This document shows, piece after piece, positions 36,949 to 46,735 of a DNA stretch of 64,000 bases. The stretch covers positions 130,553 to 194,552 of the forward strand of contig CAYJKV010000002.1 in NCBI GenBank assembly GCA_964371255.1. Reading direction: 5' to 3'. The notes under the pieces were generated by a model. That model had not been told where the DNA came from. It made no database searches and was given only the letters and a program-made list of their open reading frames with translations. A program made the position numbers and the translations under genes. How positions within the stretch are numbered: the stretch's first letter is position 1; each line of letters starts with the position of its first letter. Source of the stretch: an uncultured Candidatus Saccharibacteria bacterium. GTDB lineage: Bacteria > Patescibacteriota > Andersenbacteria > UBA10190.

Positions 36949-37955
36949 TCATTTTCCTCCCTCAAAAGATTAAATCCACCGGGGGATCCTCCACTTTTGC
37001 GCTTAAATTGCAGCGCGGACTGCGCCTTCAAGGGCATCAGGTCGTGTTCCAATTTATCTCACATTTTGATTTTCTTTTAGTCAACGCTGTCTGTCCCTTG
37101 CGCTACTTACTGTGGGCTAAACTAACCCATCGTTCGATCATCCAGCGCCTTGACGGTGTTTACTACCCTATGTCCGTGGCCCATTATCGATATTGGTTTT
37201 ATAATTTGCCGCTGCAGATCATTCTTCACTTCTTTGCTGACGCCGTCATATACCAAAGCCAATATTCGAAGGATTGTTGTGATAAATTTTTAGGCGCAAA
37301 CCGTTATATTCCTCATTACCTGATCTATAACGGAGTGGACACCGCTCTTTTTTCACCGCATGGTCAATCTAAGTCATTACGCGACTTCCCTGGCCAGCCC
37401 TTACTGATTACCGCTTCTCGTTTTCGTCGCGCTGATCAAATTCTTCCCCTATTGGCAGCTTTTACTCTCTATAAAAAACAATGGCAGCCAGCCGCCAAGC
37501 TGATCGTTATTGGCGACATCTCTCGTCATTTGACGAAATTACTCCGGCGTGACCGAATGGATCCTGCCATCCACATGTTGGGCCCCATCGCCAATGACGA
37601 ATTGCCCAATTTTCTGCGTGCCTCTGATATTTTCTTGTTTACTCACCTCAACCCTCCTTGCCCTAACAATATTATCGAAGCTATGGCCTGCGGTTTGCCG
37701 ATCTGTGGGGTCTCTGATGGTGCCATGGTAGAATTGACCTCACCGGGCTTAAACAGCGAGCTTATTGCCGCGCCCGATACCGGTTTTTATCATCCCCGCC
37801 AGCTTGATCTTCAAGCCTTCTCTGCTAATCTTAATAAAATCATGACCCATCAGAAAAGCTATGCCTCTCATAGCCGGCGGCTCGCCTCGCTCCGGTTTTC
37901 CTTGCCGGATATGATTGCCAACTATCTCACCATCTTCAATAATTTAACCGGCTGA
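36945..37955 (+). CDS. Glycosyltransferase, GT-B/GT4-like
   Basis: ITASRFRRADQILPLL...FLFTHLNPPCPNNIIEAMACGLPICGVSDGAMVEL. Confidence 0.6.
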   Translation: MIIFLPQKIKSTGGSSTFALKLQRGLRLQGHQVVFQFISHFDFLLVNAVCPLRYLLWAKLTHRSIIQRLDGVYYPMSVAHYRYWFYNLPLQIILHFFADAVIYQSQYSKDCCDKFLGANRYIPHYLIYNGVDTALFSPHGQSKSLRDFPGQPLLITASRFRRADQILPLLAAFTLYKKQWQPAAKLIVIGDISRHLTKLLRRDRMDPAIHMLGPIANDELPNFLRASDIFLFTHLNPPCPNNIIEAMACGLPICGVSDGAMVELTSPGLNSELIAAPDTGFYHPRQLDLQAFSANLNKIMTHQKSYASHSRRLASLRFSLPDMIANYLTIFNNLTG

Positions 37956-37971
37956 TCTTTTCTCCTCTTTC

Positions 37972-38712
37972 ATGTCTAATATCTTTTCCAATAATTTTCT
38001 GGTCAACCGCCCTATCGAGTTGGCGATGCAAGCATATGCCAGCCTATTTTCACCCGACCAGCAAGTCCTAGATCTTGGTTGCGGTTTCATGCCATATAAA
38101 AAGTATTTCTCGTGCCGCTATGTCGGTGCCGATCCTTTAACTACTGTCCGGCCCGATGTCATCTGCAGTGCCTGGCGGGTACCTTATCCGGATCAATCGT
38201 TTGATGGCCTGATCCTTAACCAATCCCTCGAGCACATACGTTACCCAGCCGCTACAGTCAAGGAAGTGTATCGTTTACTCAAACCGGGTGGCCGGCTGAT
38301 CGTTACTACTCCCCAAACAATGAAAAACCATAGCGTGGCCATTGCTGCGGCCGACGCACCTTTGCATAACTTTGATCATGACTCGCTGCCCTATTGGCAA
38401 AACGATTTTTGGCGCTTCACAAAATACGGTCTCATCGCCCTCTTCCATCAGTTTACCATCCTTGAGGTTCGAGAAACTTCCGGTTATATTGGCTCAATTT
38501 TTCAGCTTTTTAACTATTTTGTCGCATCGGCTACGAAGCGGCACCGTCTGCTCGCGCCGGTCTACTTCGTCAATAATCTGGCTGGCCTGACTTGTGATCT
38601 GCTTGCCCGTTCCTTGATCTCTCTAGACCTGCCGGTCACCCGTAAATTCAATCACTATATTTATTCTTCACTCACCATTAATTTAATAATGCTGGCTCAA
38701 AAACCACGATAA
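37972..38712 (+). CDS. Class-I SAM-dependent methyltransferase
   Basis: VLDLGCGFMPY...LILNQSLEHI...LKPGGRLIVTTP. Confidence 0.65.
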   Translation: MSNIFSNNFLVNRPIELAMQAYASLFSPDQQVLDLGCGFMPYKKYFSCRYVGADPLTTVRPDVICSAWRVPYPDQSFDGLILNQSLEHIRYPAATVKEVYRLLKPGGRLIVTTPQTMKNHSVAIAAADAPLHNFDHDSLPYWQNDFWRFTKYGLIALFHQFTILEVRETSGYIGSIFQLFNYFVASATKRHRLLAPVYFVNNLAGLTCDLLARSLISLDLPVTRKFNHYIYSSLTINLIMLAQKPR

Positions 38713-38716
38713 TTAT

Positions 38717-39481
38717 ATGTCCTCATTACCACGCTCTGTTGCGTTCACATTACTTGATTCATTACGACGCTCTTTCCTTCGCCCATTTATCCTTCGGATT
38801 TTTTGCCGTTTACACAATTCTTCCTATCACTGGTTCTCTTTTTTTGCCGCCGGTATCGGCCCACACCCCAAACATGCCATTACTAATTATCATCAGTTTT
38901 TTATTAACAACATTACAGCCACCGATTGCGTGATTGATTTAGGTTGCGGCCATGGTGAGCTTGCCTATGATCTGGCCCGTCACGGCCGGCTGGTCACCGG
39001 CATCGACTCTAATATTTCCTCTATTGCAGAGGCTCAGCAGCATTACCAGCGTCCCAATCTCAGCTTCATTGTTGGCGATATCGCCGCCCTTCGAGCAATG
39101 GAACATTACGACGTCGCGATACTTTCTAATGTCTTAGAGCATATCGAACATCGGGTGGAGTTATTAGAGGCCATTCAACATTTTGCTGATAAAATCCTTA
39201 TTCGCGTTCCCCTGCTTACCCGCGATTGGATTACTGCCTATAAACAGCAACATGGTCTCGAGTATCGTCTGGATGACACACATTTTATTGAGTATTCCGC
39301 CGATTCGTTCCGTTCAGAGACAACAGCCGCCGGACTAAATATTTCTGCTTGGCACGCTGCCTTTGGCGAACTTTATGCCGTCTGCCAACCGCTTACGCCA
39401 TCTCGATCGGTTAATCGCGTATCTAACCAGCCCCCTCCGCCGGTGCCGCTCGCCATCAATCACCAACCGTTGCCAGGCTAA
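38717..39481 (+). CDS. Class-I SAM-dependent methyltransferase
   Basis: VIDLGCGHGELAYDLARHGRLVTGIDSN...VAILSNVLEHIEH. Confidence 0.65.
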   Translation: MSSLPRSVAFTLLDSLRRSFLRPFILRIFCRLHNSSYHWFSFFAAGIGPHPKHAITNYHQFFINNITATDCVIDLGCGHGELAYDLARHGRLVTGIDSNISSIAEAQQHYQRPNLSFIVGDIAALRAMEHYDVAILSNVLEHIEHRVELLEAIQHFADKILIRVPLLTRDWITAYKQQHGLEYRLDDTHFIEYSADSFRSETTAAGLNISAWHAAFGELYAVCQPLTPSRSVNRVSNQPPPPVPLAINHQPLPG

Positions 39482-39490
39482 TCCATCCCG

Positions 39491-40474
39491 ATGCGTCTAA
39501 ACGCAAAAATCTTCGTTGCGGGACATACCGGGCTGGTCGGCTCAGCCCTCATTCGCGCGCTGGATAAACAGGGCTATCGCAATCTCATCCTGAAAACGAA
39601 GGCCCAGCTCGATTTAACCGATTCATTATCTACCACCTCATTTCTTTTGCAGGAAAAACCTGATTTTGTCTTCGTCTGTGCGGCCCGTGTCGGTGGCATT
39701 ATGGAAAACAAAACTTATCCGGCCCAATTCATTTATGATAATTTACGCATTGCCACTAACATCATCCACGGCTCCTATCAAGCCAAAGTCGCAAAGCTGC
39801 TCTATCTGGGAAGCTCTTGCATTTACCCTCGCCAAAGTCCGCAGCCGATGCATGAACAATATTTTATGACTGGACCGCTGGAGCCAACCAATGAATCCTA
39901 TGCCATTTCAAAAATTGCCGGCATTAAAATGTGCCAAGCCTATAATCAGCAGTACGGCACTAATTTTATCTGCGTGATGCCGACCAATATTTATGGTCCG
40001 CATGATAATTTTAATCTGGCCAGCTCGCATGTTTTGCCCGCTTTACTACGTAAATTCATTGAAGCCACTATTAATAATTACCCCACTGTCACCGTTTGGG
40101 GCACTGGACAGGCGCGCCGCGAATTCATTTTTGTTGATGACATAGCTGAAGCGCTCATCTTTATGATGAAAAATTATAATAGCAACGAAATCATTAATAT
40201 TGGCACCGGCGAAGATATTAGCATTGCCAATTTAGCGCACTTGATTAAGTCTATTGTCGGTTACTCCGGTCAAATTATTTTTGACTCCTCCAAGCCCAAC
40301 GGGATGCCCAGAAAACGCCTAGACGTCTCGCGTCTCCACCAACTCGGCTTCACTCATCGAGTTAGTTTATCGGACGGTATTAAAATAACTCATGACTGGT
40401 ACTTAACCCAATTACCGTCCGGCCTGCCCGCCATCTCCCAAAGACGAACCCATGTCCGATCAGCCTCAGCTTAA
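39491..40474 (+). CDS. GDP-L-fucose synthase family (Fcl/GMER) paralog; a ColC-type GDP-colitose synthase is possible
   Basis: Near full-length collinearity with Fcl: KIFVAGHTGLVGSA, YLGSSCIYPR, YAISKIAGIKMCQAY, MPTNIYGPHDNF, IGTGEDIS. Confidence 0.75.
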   Translation: MRLNAKIFVAGHTGLVGSALIRALDKQGYRNLILKTKAQLDLTDSLSTTSFLLQEKPDFVFVCAARVGGIMENKTYPAQFIYDNLRIATNIIHGSYQAKVAKLLYLGSSCIYPRQSPQPMHEQYFMTGPLEPTNESYAISKIAGIKMCQAYNQQYGTNFICVMPTNIYGPHDNFNLASSHVLPALLRKFIEATINNYPTVTVWGTGQARREFIFVDDIAEALIFMMKNYNSNEIINIGTGEDISIANLAHLIKSIVGYSGQIIFDSSKPNGMPRKRLDVSRLHQLGFTHRVSLSDGIKITHDWYLTQLPSGLPAISQRRTHVRSASA

Positions 40475-41495
40475 AATAGTCATTAACACTCACTACGAGT
40501 CGGCCGGTACCAGGGTCTGCGTGGATGATTTATCGCCCCGCTTAACCCAAGCCGGACATCTCGTTGTTCATAATGACTGGGACCATTATCAGCGTTACCA
40601 ACTGGCAATCTTTATGTCCCCGGACGCGGCTATCCAACAGGCGAAGCAACAAAATCAAACCATTAAAACTTGTATTATGAACCCGATGACGGACTACCCG
40701 TCTCTTCAACGCAATGCCCGATCCACTGACGCACTCATTGTCGGCTCACTGGAACAGCGCGATGCCCAACTCAAATATAATTCTAACGTCTTTATTTATT
40801 ACATGTTTCCTGACATCCAGCCCATGTTCAAAAAACATGCTGCCTCCCAACCCACCATCATCGGTTATCACGGCAATAAAGAACATCTATTTAATTTTTC
40901 TCCTCACATTAATGCGGCGCTTGATCGCCTCGCTGCCGAATATCCGGTTGAATTGTGGTTAATGTATAACATCACTAAACTCGGCCTCGTCACCACCCGT
41001 CTCCCTCGCTTGATCAAAACTCGCCACATTCAATGGTCTCCGGCCAATTACAGCCAGATACTTTCCCGGTGCGATATCGGTCTGGTAAATAATATAATTC
41101 CTACTCCCCGCGATTTCCTTCATGTTGTTAATCAGCCCCTGACCCGTTACTTTAACCTCAATTTGCGTCCCTATCGGGCTCACGATACGCAAGTCAGATT
41201 TAAATATTCGACCAACCCTGGGCGCGTCTATGTTTTTAGTCAGCTTGGTATCCCCGTCATCTCCGACTTTGCTCCCTCAATGAGCCAGGTCATTCGGGAT
41301 GATTATAGCGGTTTAATCGTCAATTCTTCTACCGGCTGGTATTGGGCTATGAAAAAATTATTACTTGATCCGCCCCTGCGCCAGTTTTATAGCGACAATC
41401 TGCGTCACACAATTGACACTACCTATGCCATCGACGGGAACTTCCGTAAACTCAATTCTTTCTTAATTAATCTTTGCCTGCCCTCGCCGTCCTAG
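40452..41495 (+). CDS. Hypothetical protein; divergent GT-B-like C-terminal half
   Basis: VYVFSQLGIPVISDFAPSMSQVIRDDYSGLIVNSSTGWYWAMKKLLLDPPLRQ resembles a GT-B C-terminal donor-binding region. 23-nt overlap with the upstream gene. Confidence 0.35.
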   Translation: MSDQPQLKIVINTHYESAGTRVCVDDLSPRLTQAGHLVVHNDWDHYQRYQLAIFMSPDAAIQQAKQQNQTIKTCIMNPMTDYPSLQRNARSTDALIVGSLEQRDAQLKYNSNVFIYYMFPDIQPMFKKHAASQPTIIGYHGNKEHLFNFSPHINAALDRLAAEYPVELWLMYNITKLGLVTTRLPRLIKTRHIQWSPANYSQILSRCDIGLVNNIIPTPRDFLHVVNQPLTRYFNLNLRPYRAHDTQVRFKYSTNPGRVYVFSQLGIPVISDFAPSMSQVIRDDYSGLIVNSSTGWYWAMKKLLLDPPLRQFYSDNLRHTIDTTYAIDGNFRKLNSFLINLCLPSPS

Positions 41496-41561
41496 TCTTT
41501 ATCACAGATGCATCTTGCCGTTTCCCTTGGGACATCCTCAACAGTTGTGTAAAATATATCG

Positions 41562-42764
41562 ATGATTAAGCTCGTCCCTGGACTTTTCCACAACGAACAA
41601 CAAACCAAACAAGATTTGTGTGATTTTATCATGTCCACGAACCAGCTGAGCATCGGGCAGCAATGCCAAAATTTTGAGCAGGAGTTTGCCCAGTGGCAGG
41701 GGCGTGAGCACTGCGTCCTCTTCAGTAGCGGCAGTTCTGCTAACCTGGCCCTGATCCAATCATTGCTTAACCTTCAATTATTGCTGCCTGATCAATCCGT
41801 CGCCTTTTCTGCACTGACCTGGGCAACTAATGTCATGCCGCTTATGCAACTGGGGTTAAAGCCAGTCCCCGTCGATGTCGAGCTCTCCACGCTCAATGTC
41901 TCCAGCCAAACCTTTTGTGCCGCCCTCGACGACAACCCATCTATTAAAATGTTGTTCCTTACTAACCTGCTCGGATTTTGCGGTGATCTTGAACAAATTC
42001 AGCGCGTCTGCGCTGAACGAAACATTCTCCTTATTGAAGACAACTGTGAATCGTTAGGTACGGAATATCTCGGTCGGAAACTTGGTAATTGGAGCTTAGC
42101 CAGCACTTTTTCCTTTTTTGTGGGCCATCATATGTCGACTATTGAGGGTGGCGCCGTTTGCACTGATGACCCAGCTCTTAATCGCATGCTCCGCTTGGTC
42201 CGTGCCCACGGCTGGGATCGCAATCTATCCGACGCCGACAAGACAGCCATTCGTCAGGAATTTAATGTTAATGACACTTTCTTTGCTAATTTTACTTTTT
42301 ACACTCTGGGGTACAACCTTCGCCCCACGGAAATCACCGGTTTTCTAGGTTCTAATCAGCTTCGTTATCTCCCAGAGACCATCCGGCTCCGCCATCACCA
42401 CTGGCAAATGTTTAACGCCGATCTTTCACGTAACCCGGATTTTATTCACCAATCCACTGACCACCTCGATTTAATCTCTAATTACGCTGTACCCATTATC
42501 TGCCGCACCCCCGATATTGCCGAGCGTTATATCAGCAGCTTTAAGGCCGCCAATGTGGAAATACGTCCAATTCTCGGCGGCTCGATCCCCGAACAGCCAT
42601 TTTACCGCCAGGCCTATGGTCGATCCAAAAGCTATAAGAATGCCAGCATCATTGATCATCAAGGTTTCTATTTTGGCAACAACCCTGGCCTGACCAGCGA
42701 TCAAATGCATTTATTGCGCCATCTGTGCCTTGGCCAAACAGTAGCCGTCGAGCAGCGAGCTTAA
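41562..42764 (+). CDS. DegT/DnrJ/EryC1-fold PMP-dependent sugar 3-dehydratase (ColD/E1-like) rather than an aminotransferase
   Basis: DegT-family blocks (SGSSANLALIQ, IEDNCESLG). The Schiff-base lysine position reads FSFFVGHHMSTIEGG, with His in place of Lys as in ColD and E1. Confidence 0.6.
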   Translation: MIKLVPGLFHNEQQTKQDLCDFIMSTNQLSIGQQCQNFEQEFAQWQGREHCVLFSSGSSANLALIQSLLNLQLLLPDQSVAFSALTWATNVMPLMQLGLKPVPVDVELSTLNVSSQTFCAALDDNPSIKMLFLTNLLGFCGDLEQIQRVCAERNILLIEDNCESLGTEYLGRKLGNWSLASTFSFFVGHHMSTIEGGAVCTDDPALNRMLRLVRAHGWDRNLSDADKTAIRQEFNVNDTFFANFTFYTLGYNLRPTEITGFLGSNQLRYLPETIRLRHHHWQMFNADLSRNPDFIHQSTDHLDLISNYAVPIICRTPDIAERYISSFKAANVEIRPILGGSIPEQPFYRQAYGRSKSYKNASIIDHQGFYFGNNPGLTSDQMHLLRHLCLGQTVAVEQRA

Positions 42765-42804
42765 TTATATTAATTGATTTTTAACCTTTACGAATCACAT
42801 TCTT

Positions 42805-43548
42805 ATGTCAAGCACCTTGTCTTCCTTTGCCCGCACTATTCATAGCCAGCATGGCGAAGAAGGCATTATCAGTGAAATTATTAAGCGTTTACAGTTGTCG
42901 CCTGATTGGTATGTAGATATCGGTGCGTGGGATGGCATACATCTCAGCAATGCTTACTTTCTCTTGGACCGTGGTTGGCAAGGCATCGGCCTGGAGGGGG
43001 ATCCAGACAAATACGAAGATCTAAAAACCACTTGCCTGAAGCACCAGGGCAAGCTTCATCCTCTCCTGGCTCAGGTCCAATCTGCGGGGCCTTATGAATT
43101 AACAAACATACTCAGCAAGACCTCTCTCCCTTTTGATTTTGGCATTTTGAATATCGATATTGATTCCCATGATTGGTGGATCTGGCATAATTTAGCCGAC
43201 TATTATCGTCCCAAGCTTGTCATCATTGAAATTAACAGCACCATTCCGGTTGGTATAACTTATGTCCAGCCTGCCGATGCGTCCGTCCCCGTCAGTGGAG
43301 CAAGTTTTACCTCTGCTCTCCAACTCGGTCAGGGCAAAGGTTATCAGTTAGTCGCCCACACCGGCAATCTAATCTTTGTTAGAAATGATCTTGTCCCAAA
43401 ACTTCATTTATCTCCAACGGAGCTTGCTAATCCTGATGCCATGTTTAACAACGAGTGGTTAATCAGAAAATACGTTAACAAACAGAATCTCTTCCAGGCT
43501 TCAAAAATCTTCATCCGCGACCGTTTCCGGAAATATATTATCAGTTAA
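42805..43548 (+). CDS. FkbM-like methyltransferase (weak)
   Basis: YVDIGAWDGIHLSNAYFLLDRGWQGIGLEGDPDKYEDL loosely follows D.GAN.G...G.EP.P. Confidence 0.35.
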   Translation: MSSTLSSFARTIHSQHGEEGIISEIIKRLQLSPDWYVDIGAWDGIHLSNAYFLLDRGWQGIGLEGDPDKYEDLKTTCLKHQGKLHPLLAQVQSAGPYELTNILSKTSLPFDFGILNIDIDSHDWWIWHNLADYYRPKLVIIEINSTIPVGITYVQPADASVPVSGASFTSALQLGQGKGYQLVAHTGNLIFVRNDLVPKLHLSPTELANPDAMFNNEWLIRKYVNKQNLFQASKIFIRDRFRKYIIS

Positions 43549-43661
43549 TTTGTTCTATCGTTTGCTCTCCACTAATTAACATAACACTTTGACCTGGCCT
43601 TAAACGTGTCCGTATTTTTCATAAATTCTCGCACCTTTCGTGTAAATAATCTATCACCCTC

Positions 43662-44834
43662 ATGCCAATTCAGCTTTCTCTTGCCACTATTTACAACCAC
43701 TTGTTATTAGCCGCTGCAAAAAAAACTGTCATCTGCAACATTCATCGGTCTGGTCATTTTCGCCGGGGTCATGCCTTGCTTTATTATAAAACAGATTCTC
43801 TTACTCCCGGTTATTGGCAACAGTATCAGCATACCAATAATTGGGAAATTACCGAGGAAGTAAGGATACTTAACAAACTAGGCTTCTGGGTAGACGCCAT
43901 TGACCGCGGCGCCGCAACCAACTGGCTGCCGGCAGACAAATATCAACTTTTTATCGGTATTGGCATTGACGGATCCGGCCACCACTACCTGAGATTAGCC
44001 CAGCACGTTCCCTCAGCTCTAAAAGTTCTGTATGCCGCCAGCTCTAATCCTGACCAGCGCAACGCCTTCATTAATCAGCGCTATGCTGAATTTCAGCGTC
44101 GTACCGGATGTACTCTGCCCCTCTTTCGTACCGTCGAAGAGGTCGATACCACACAGACCGCACAAATCACTGATCAAATTATCTGCGTAGGCAATCACGT
44201 AACCAACGCTACTTTTAGCAGTTACCATCGACCCATCCATAAAATCTATCTATCCACATCTCCTAAACTATATTTGGACAAAGCGGCCTATACTCACAAG
44301 CAGGCGACTAATTTTTTATTTTTTGCTGGTGCCGGCAACATTCTCAAAGGTCTCGATCTCCTGTTAGAAACCTTTGCTCAGCTGCCAAACCTTAATCTCT
44401 ATGTCTGCACGACCATAGAAAAAGACTTTCTGCATCATTACCAAAAACTCATTGACCATTCTCCCAACATCCATATCGAAAATTTCATTCGCATCAATAG
44501 TCCTCGGTTCAATCATTTAACGAGTGTCTGCGCTTACGTAATTTTACCCTCCTCCACGGAAGGATGTGCTACCTCTGTTACTTCCTGTATGCGCCGCGGC
44601 CTGATACCGGTGGTCACCCGTCAAAGCGGCATAGATGTCGAGCCATATGGTTTTTATATTGATGACATCTCTATTCCTGGCCTCTCTGCTTTGGTTTCTC
44701 GTCTTTCCGTCACGCCTGTTTCTAGTCTGCGCGATCACGTCATCTCCGCCTTTCAAGCCTCTTTCCAGTACACCCAACAATCATTTTCCCACAGCTTTAC
44801 CCAAGCGCTTGTAAATATTCTTCAAACAGCCTGA
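43662..44834 (+). CDS. Glycosyltransferase, GT-B/GT4-like (divergent)
   Basis: FLFFAGAGNILKGLDLL and YVILPSSTEGCATSVTSCMRRGLIPVVTRQSGIDVEP. Confidence 0.5.
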   Translation: MPIQLSLATIYNHLLLAAAKKTVICNIHRSGHFRRGHALLYYKTDSLTPGYWQQYQHTNNWEITEEVRILNKLGFWVDAIDRGAATNWLPADKYQLFIGIGIDGSGHHYLRLAQHVPSALKVLYAASSNPDQRNAFINQRYAEFQRRTGCTLPLFRTVEEVDTTQTAQITDQIICVGNHVTNATFSSYHRPIHKIYLSTSPKLYLDKAAYTHKQATNFLFFAGAGNILKGLDLLLETFAQLPNLNLYVCTTIEKDFLHHYQKLIDHSPNIHIENFIRINSPRFNHLTSVCAYVILPSSTEGCATSVTSCMRRGLIPVVTRQSGIDVEPYGFYIDDISIPGLSALVSRLSVTPVSSLRDHVISAFQASFQYTQQSFSHSFTQALVNILQTA

Positions 44835-44901
44835 TTGTCTCCCTGCCCTTTCCGGCCCGTGTCCCGTTGTCGCCTGCCTGGCAATTGCGTACTATATTAT
44901 C

Positions 44902-45882
44902 ATGTCTCATTTCTTGGTTACCGGCGGTGCCGGCTTTATCGGCACGAATATAGTCTTTTATTTATTATCCAAAGGCCATCAGGTCACCATTTTAGACAAC
45001 TTATCAACCGGTCATATTGAGAATTTGTCTTCAGTCATGCACCGACTGACCTTTGTTCAGGGTGATATTTGCGACCTGGCTACGCTCCACCAAGTGATGC
45101 GCGGCGTTGATTATGTGCTGCATCAGGCCGCCTGGCGGGCCGTGGAAAAATCGATCGATCATCCGATTGAAGCTCATCACAATAATGTCACCGGCACTCT
45201 TAATGTCTTAATGGCTGCACGTGATGCCCATGTTAAACGGGTCGTCTTGGCCTCTTCCTCAGCCATCTACGGTCAAAACAAAGCAAGAATTAATCAGGAG
45301 GATGATCTGCCAAAACCAGCCTCCCCCTATGCCGTTGCCAAATTAGCTGGCGAGCAATACGCGTCCGTGTTTTATCATGAATTTAAGCTCCCCACAATTT
45401 CCTTGCGGTACTTCAACGCTTATGGGCCGTTCTCACCGGCAGAATCTGCATATTCCAACGTTATCCCAATTTTCGTCCAGTGTTTAACTAACGGCCTTCG
45501 CCCGACTGTTCATTGGCACGGCCAGCAAAGTAAGGATTTCGTCTATGTAGAAGATATTGCCCGCGCTAATTATTTAGCAGCCACCAAGCCAAACCTGCCC
45601 TTCGGTACCGCCTATAATATCGGCTCTGGTCAAACTACGTCCATTAACGATCTGCTATCAGCCTTGCAAACGCTCCTCCACACTAACCTTAAACCACTTC
45701 GCCAGCCAAAACGTCCTGGTGATGTTTTAGCCACATATGCCAACACTCTCAAAGCCAGTTTGGACCTTTCTTTTACCACTCATGTTTCCTTGCAGCAGGG
45801 TCTGCAGCAATTCCTCAACTGGTATTTTTCCACCGCTACAGCCAAATCGTCCCCCCTCATCCGGCAGGCTGCATCCCATTGA
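44902..45882 (+). CDS. NDP-sugar 4-epimerase (GalE/WbpP-like extended SDR)
   Basis: FLVTGGAGFIGTNIV...LDNLSTGHIENL; YAVAKLAGEQ (YxxxK); ASSSAIYG. Confidence 0.65.
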   Translation: MSHFLVTGGAGFIGTNIVFYLLSKGHQVTILDNLSTGHIENLSSVMHRLTFVQGDICDLATLHQVMRGVDYVLHQAAWRAVEKSIDHPIEAHHNNVTGTLNVLMAARDAHVKRVVLASSSAIYGQNKARINQEDDLPKPASPYAVAKLAGEQYASVFYHEFKLPTISLRYFNAYGPFSPAESAYSNVIPIFVQCLTNGLRPTVHWHGQQSKDFVYVEDIARANYLAATKPNLPFGTAYNIGSGQTTSINDLLSALQTLLHTNLKPLRQPKRPGDVLATYANTLKASLDLSFTTHVSLQQGLQQFLNWYFSTATAKSSPLIRQAASH

Positions 45883-45898
45883 GGCTCCGCTCAGCTTG

Positions 45899-46735
45899 TT
45901 ACTGCTTGGTTTCCTTTAATCGACCAATGAAATACACCGCTTCGTGATCATCCCATGATGTTCTGCCGACTCTGCCTTTTTTCTTAACGACATTTCGGTA
46001 CAATGAATTCCAGTTTTTCTCCAAGAATTCATCTATCACAGATCTATCTACCTTCAGAGGATGACCAGCGTCGTATCGGTCTTTTAGGTTCTCCGATAAA
46101 TCAGCTCCATGGTAGTACTTATCTGCCATTACCAAAACCGCTCCCGGGGCAGCCATACTTAAAATCTTTTGCCAAACCACCTCCACGTTCTGGCAATGTT
46201 CCAACACATTGATTAACAATATGAGATCAAACTTCACTTTTGTATCAAAGTCCTCAATGGCGCTGTCGATGATCTGCACTTTTTTGTGCCAAGGCCAATA
46301 AACTGGCGTCTGCATAACTTGTTCTCTCACCCACATCCGCCCGTCCTTATACCGGCAAAAACGATGTTTTAAATATTGTTTGATCAACGGATCCAGCAAC
46401 CATATATTATCTATTTTGGCCGCCTGCGCCACGTACCTGATGTTCGTAAAAGGGCCGCATCCTAATTCAATGCCTTTTTCAAATGTCAGGCCGCGCAAAG
46501 CCTGGTAATTATTAAACGCTATTTTATGCCAGGTGTTGTTATCTTCTCGTGTCCATCGACCATCCACCAGCCAGGTTTTTTGTTCAAACTCCTGCGCTTT
46601 CAACCATCTCTCCTTGTCAACTCTCAAAACGCCCCTTTTTTCTTGCAGCCATCTTAGATCATTATTTTGCGCCAGTCTTTTCCTGGCTTCCTCTCCTTGC
46701 CATACTTTACGATCACTCTCGACATACAAACTCAT
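45899..46735 (-). CDS. Class-I SAM-dependent methyltransferase
   Basis: GIELGCGPFTN...DLILLINVLEHC...GAVLVMAD. Confidence 0.55.
   Translation of the reverse strand: MSLYVESDRKVWQGEEARKRLAQNNDLRWLQEKRGVLRVDKERWLKAQEFEQKTWLVDGRWTREDNNTWHKIAFNNYQALRGLTFEKGIELGCGPFTNIRYVAQAAKIDNIWLLDPLIKQYLKHRFCRYKDGRMWVREQVMQTPVYWPWHKKVQIIDSAIEDFDTKVKFDLILLINVLEHCQNVEVVWQKILSMAAPGAVLVMADKYYHGADLSENLKDRYDAGHPLKVDRSVIDEFLEKNWNSLYRNVVKKKGRVGRTSWDDHEAVYFIGRLKETKQ

Noticed and set aside
41562-42764. Calling this DegT-fold ORF a sugar aminotransferase
   Set aside because: The position expected to hold the PLP-binding Lys reads GHHMSTIEGG, so a ColD/E1-type dehydratase is more consistent.
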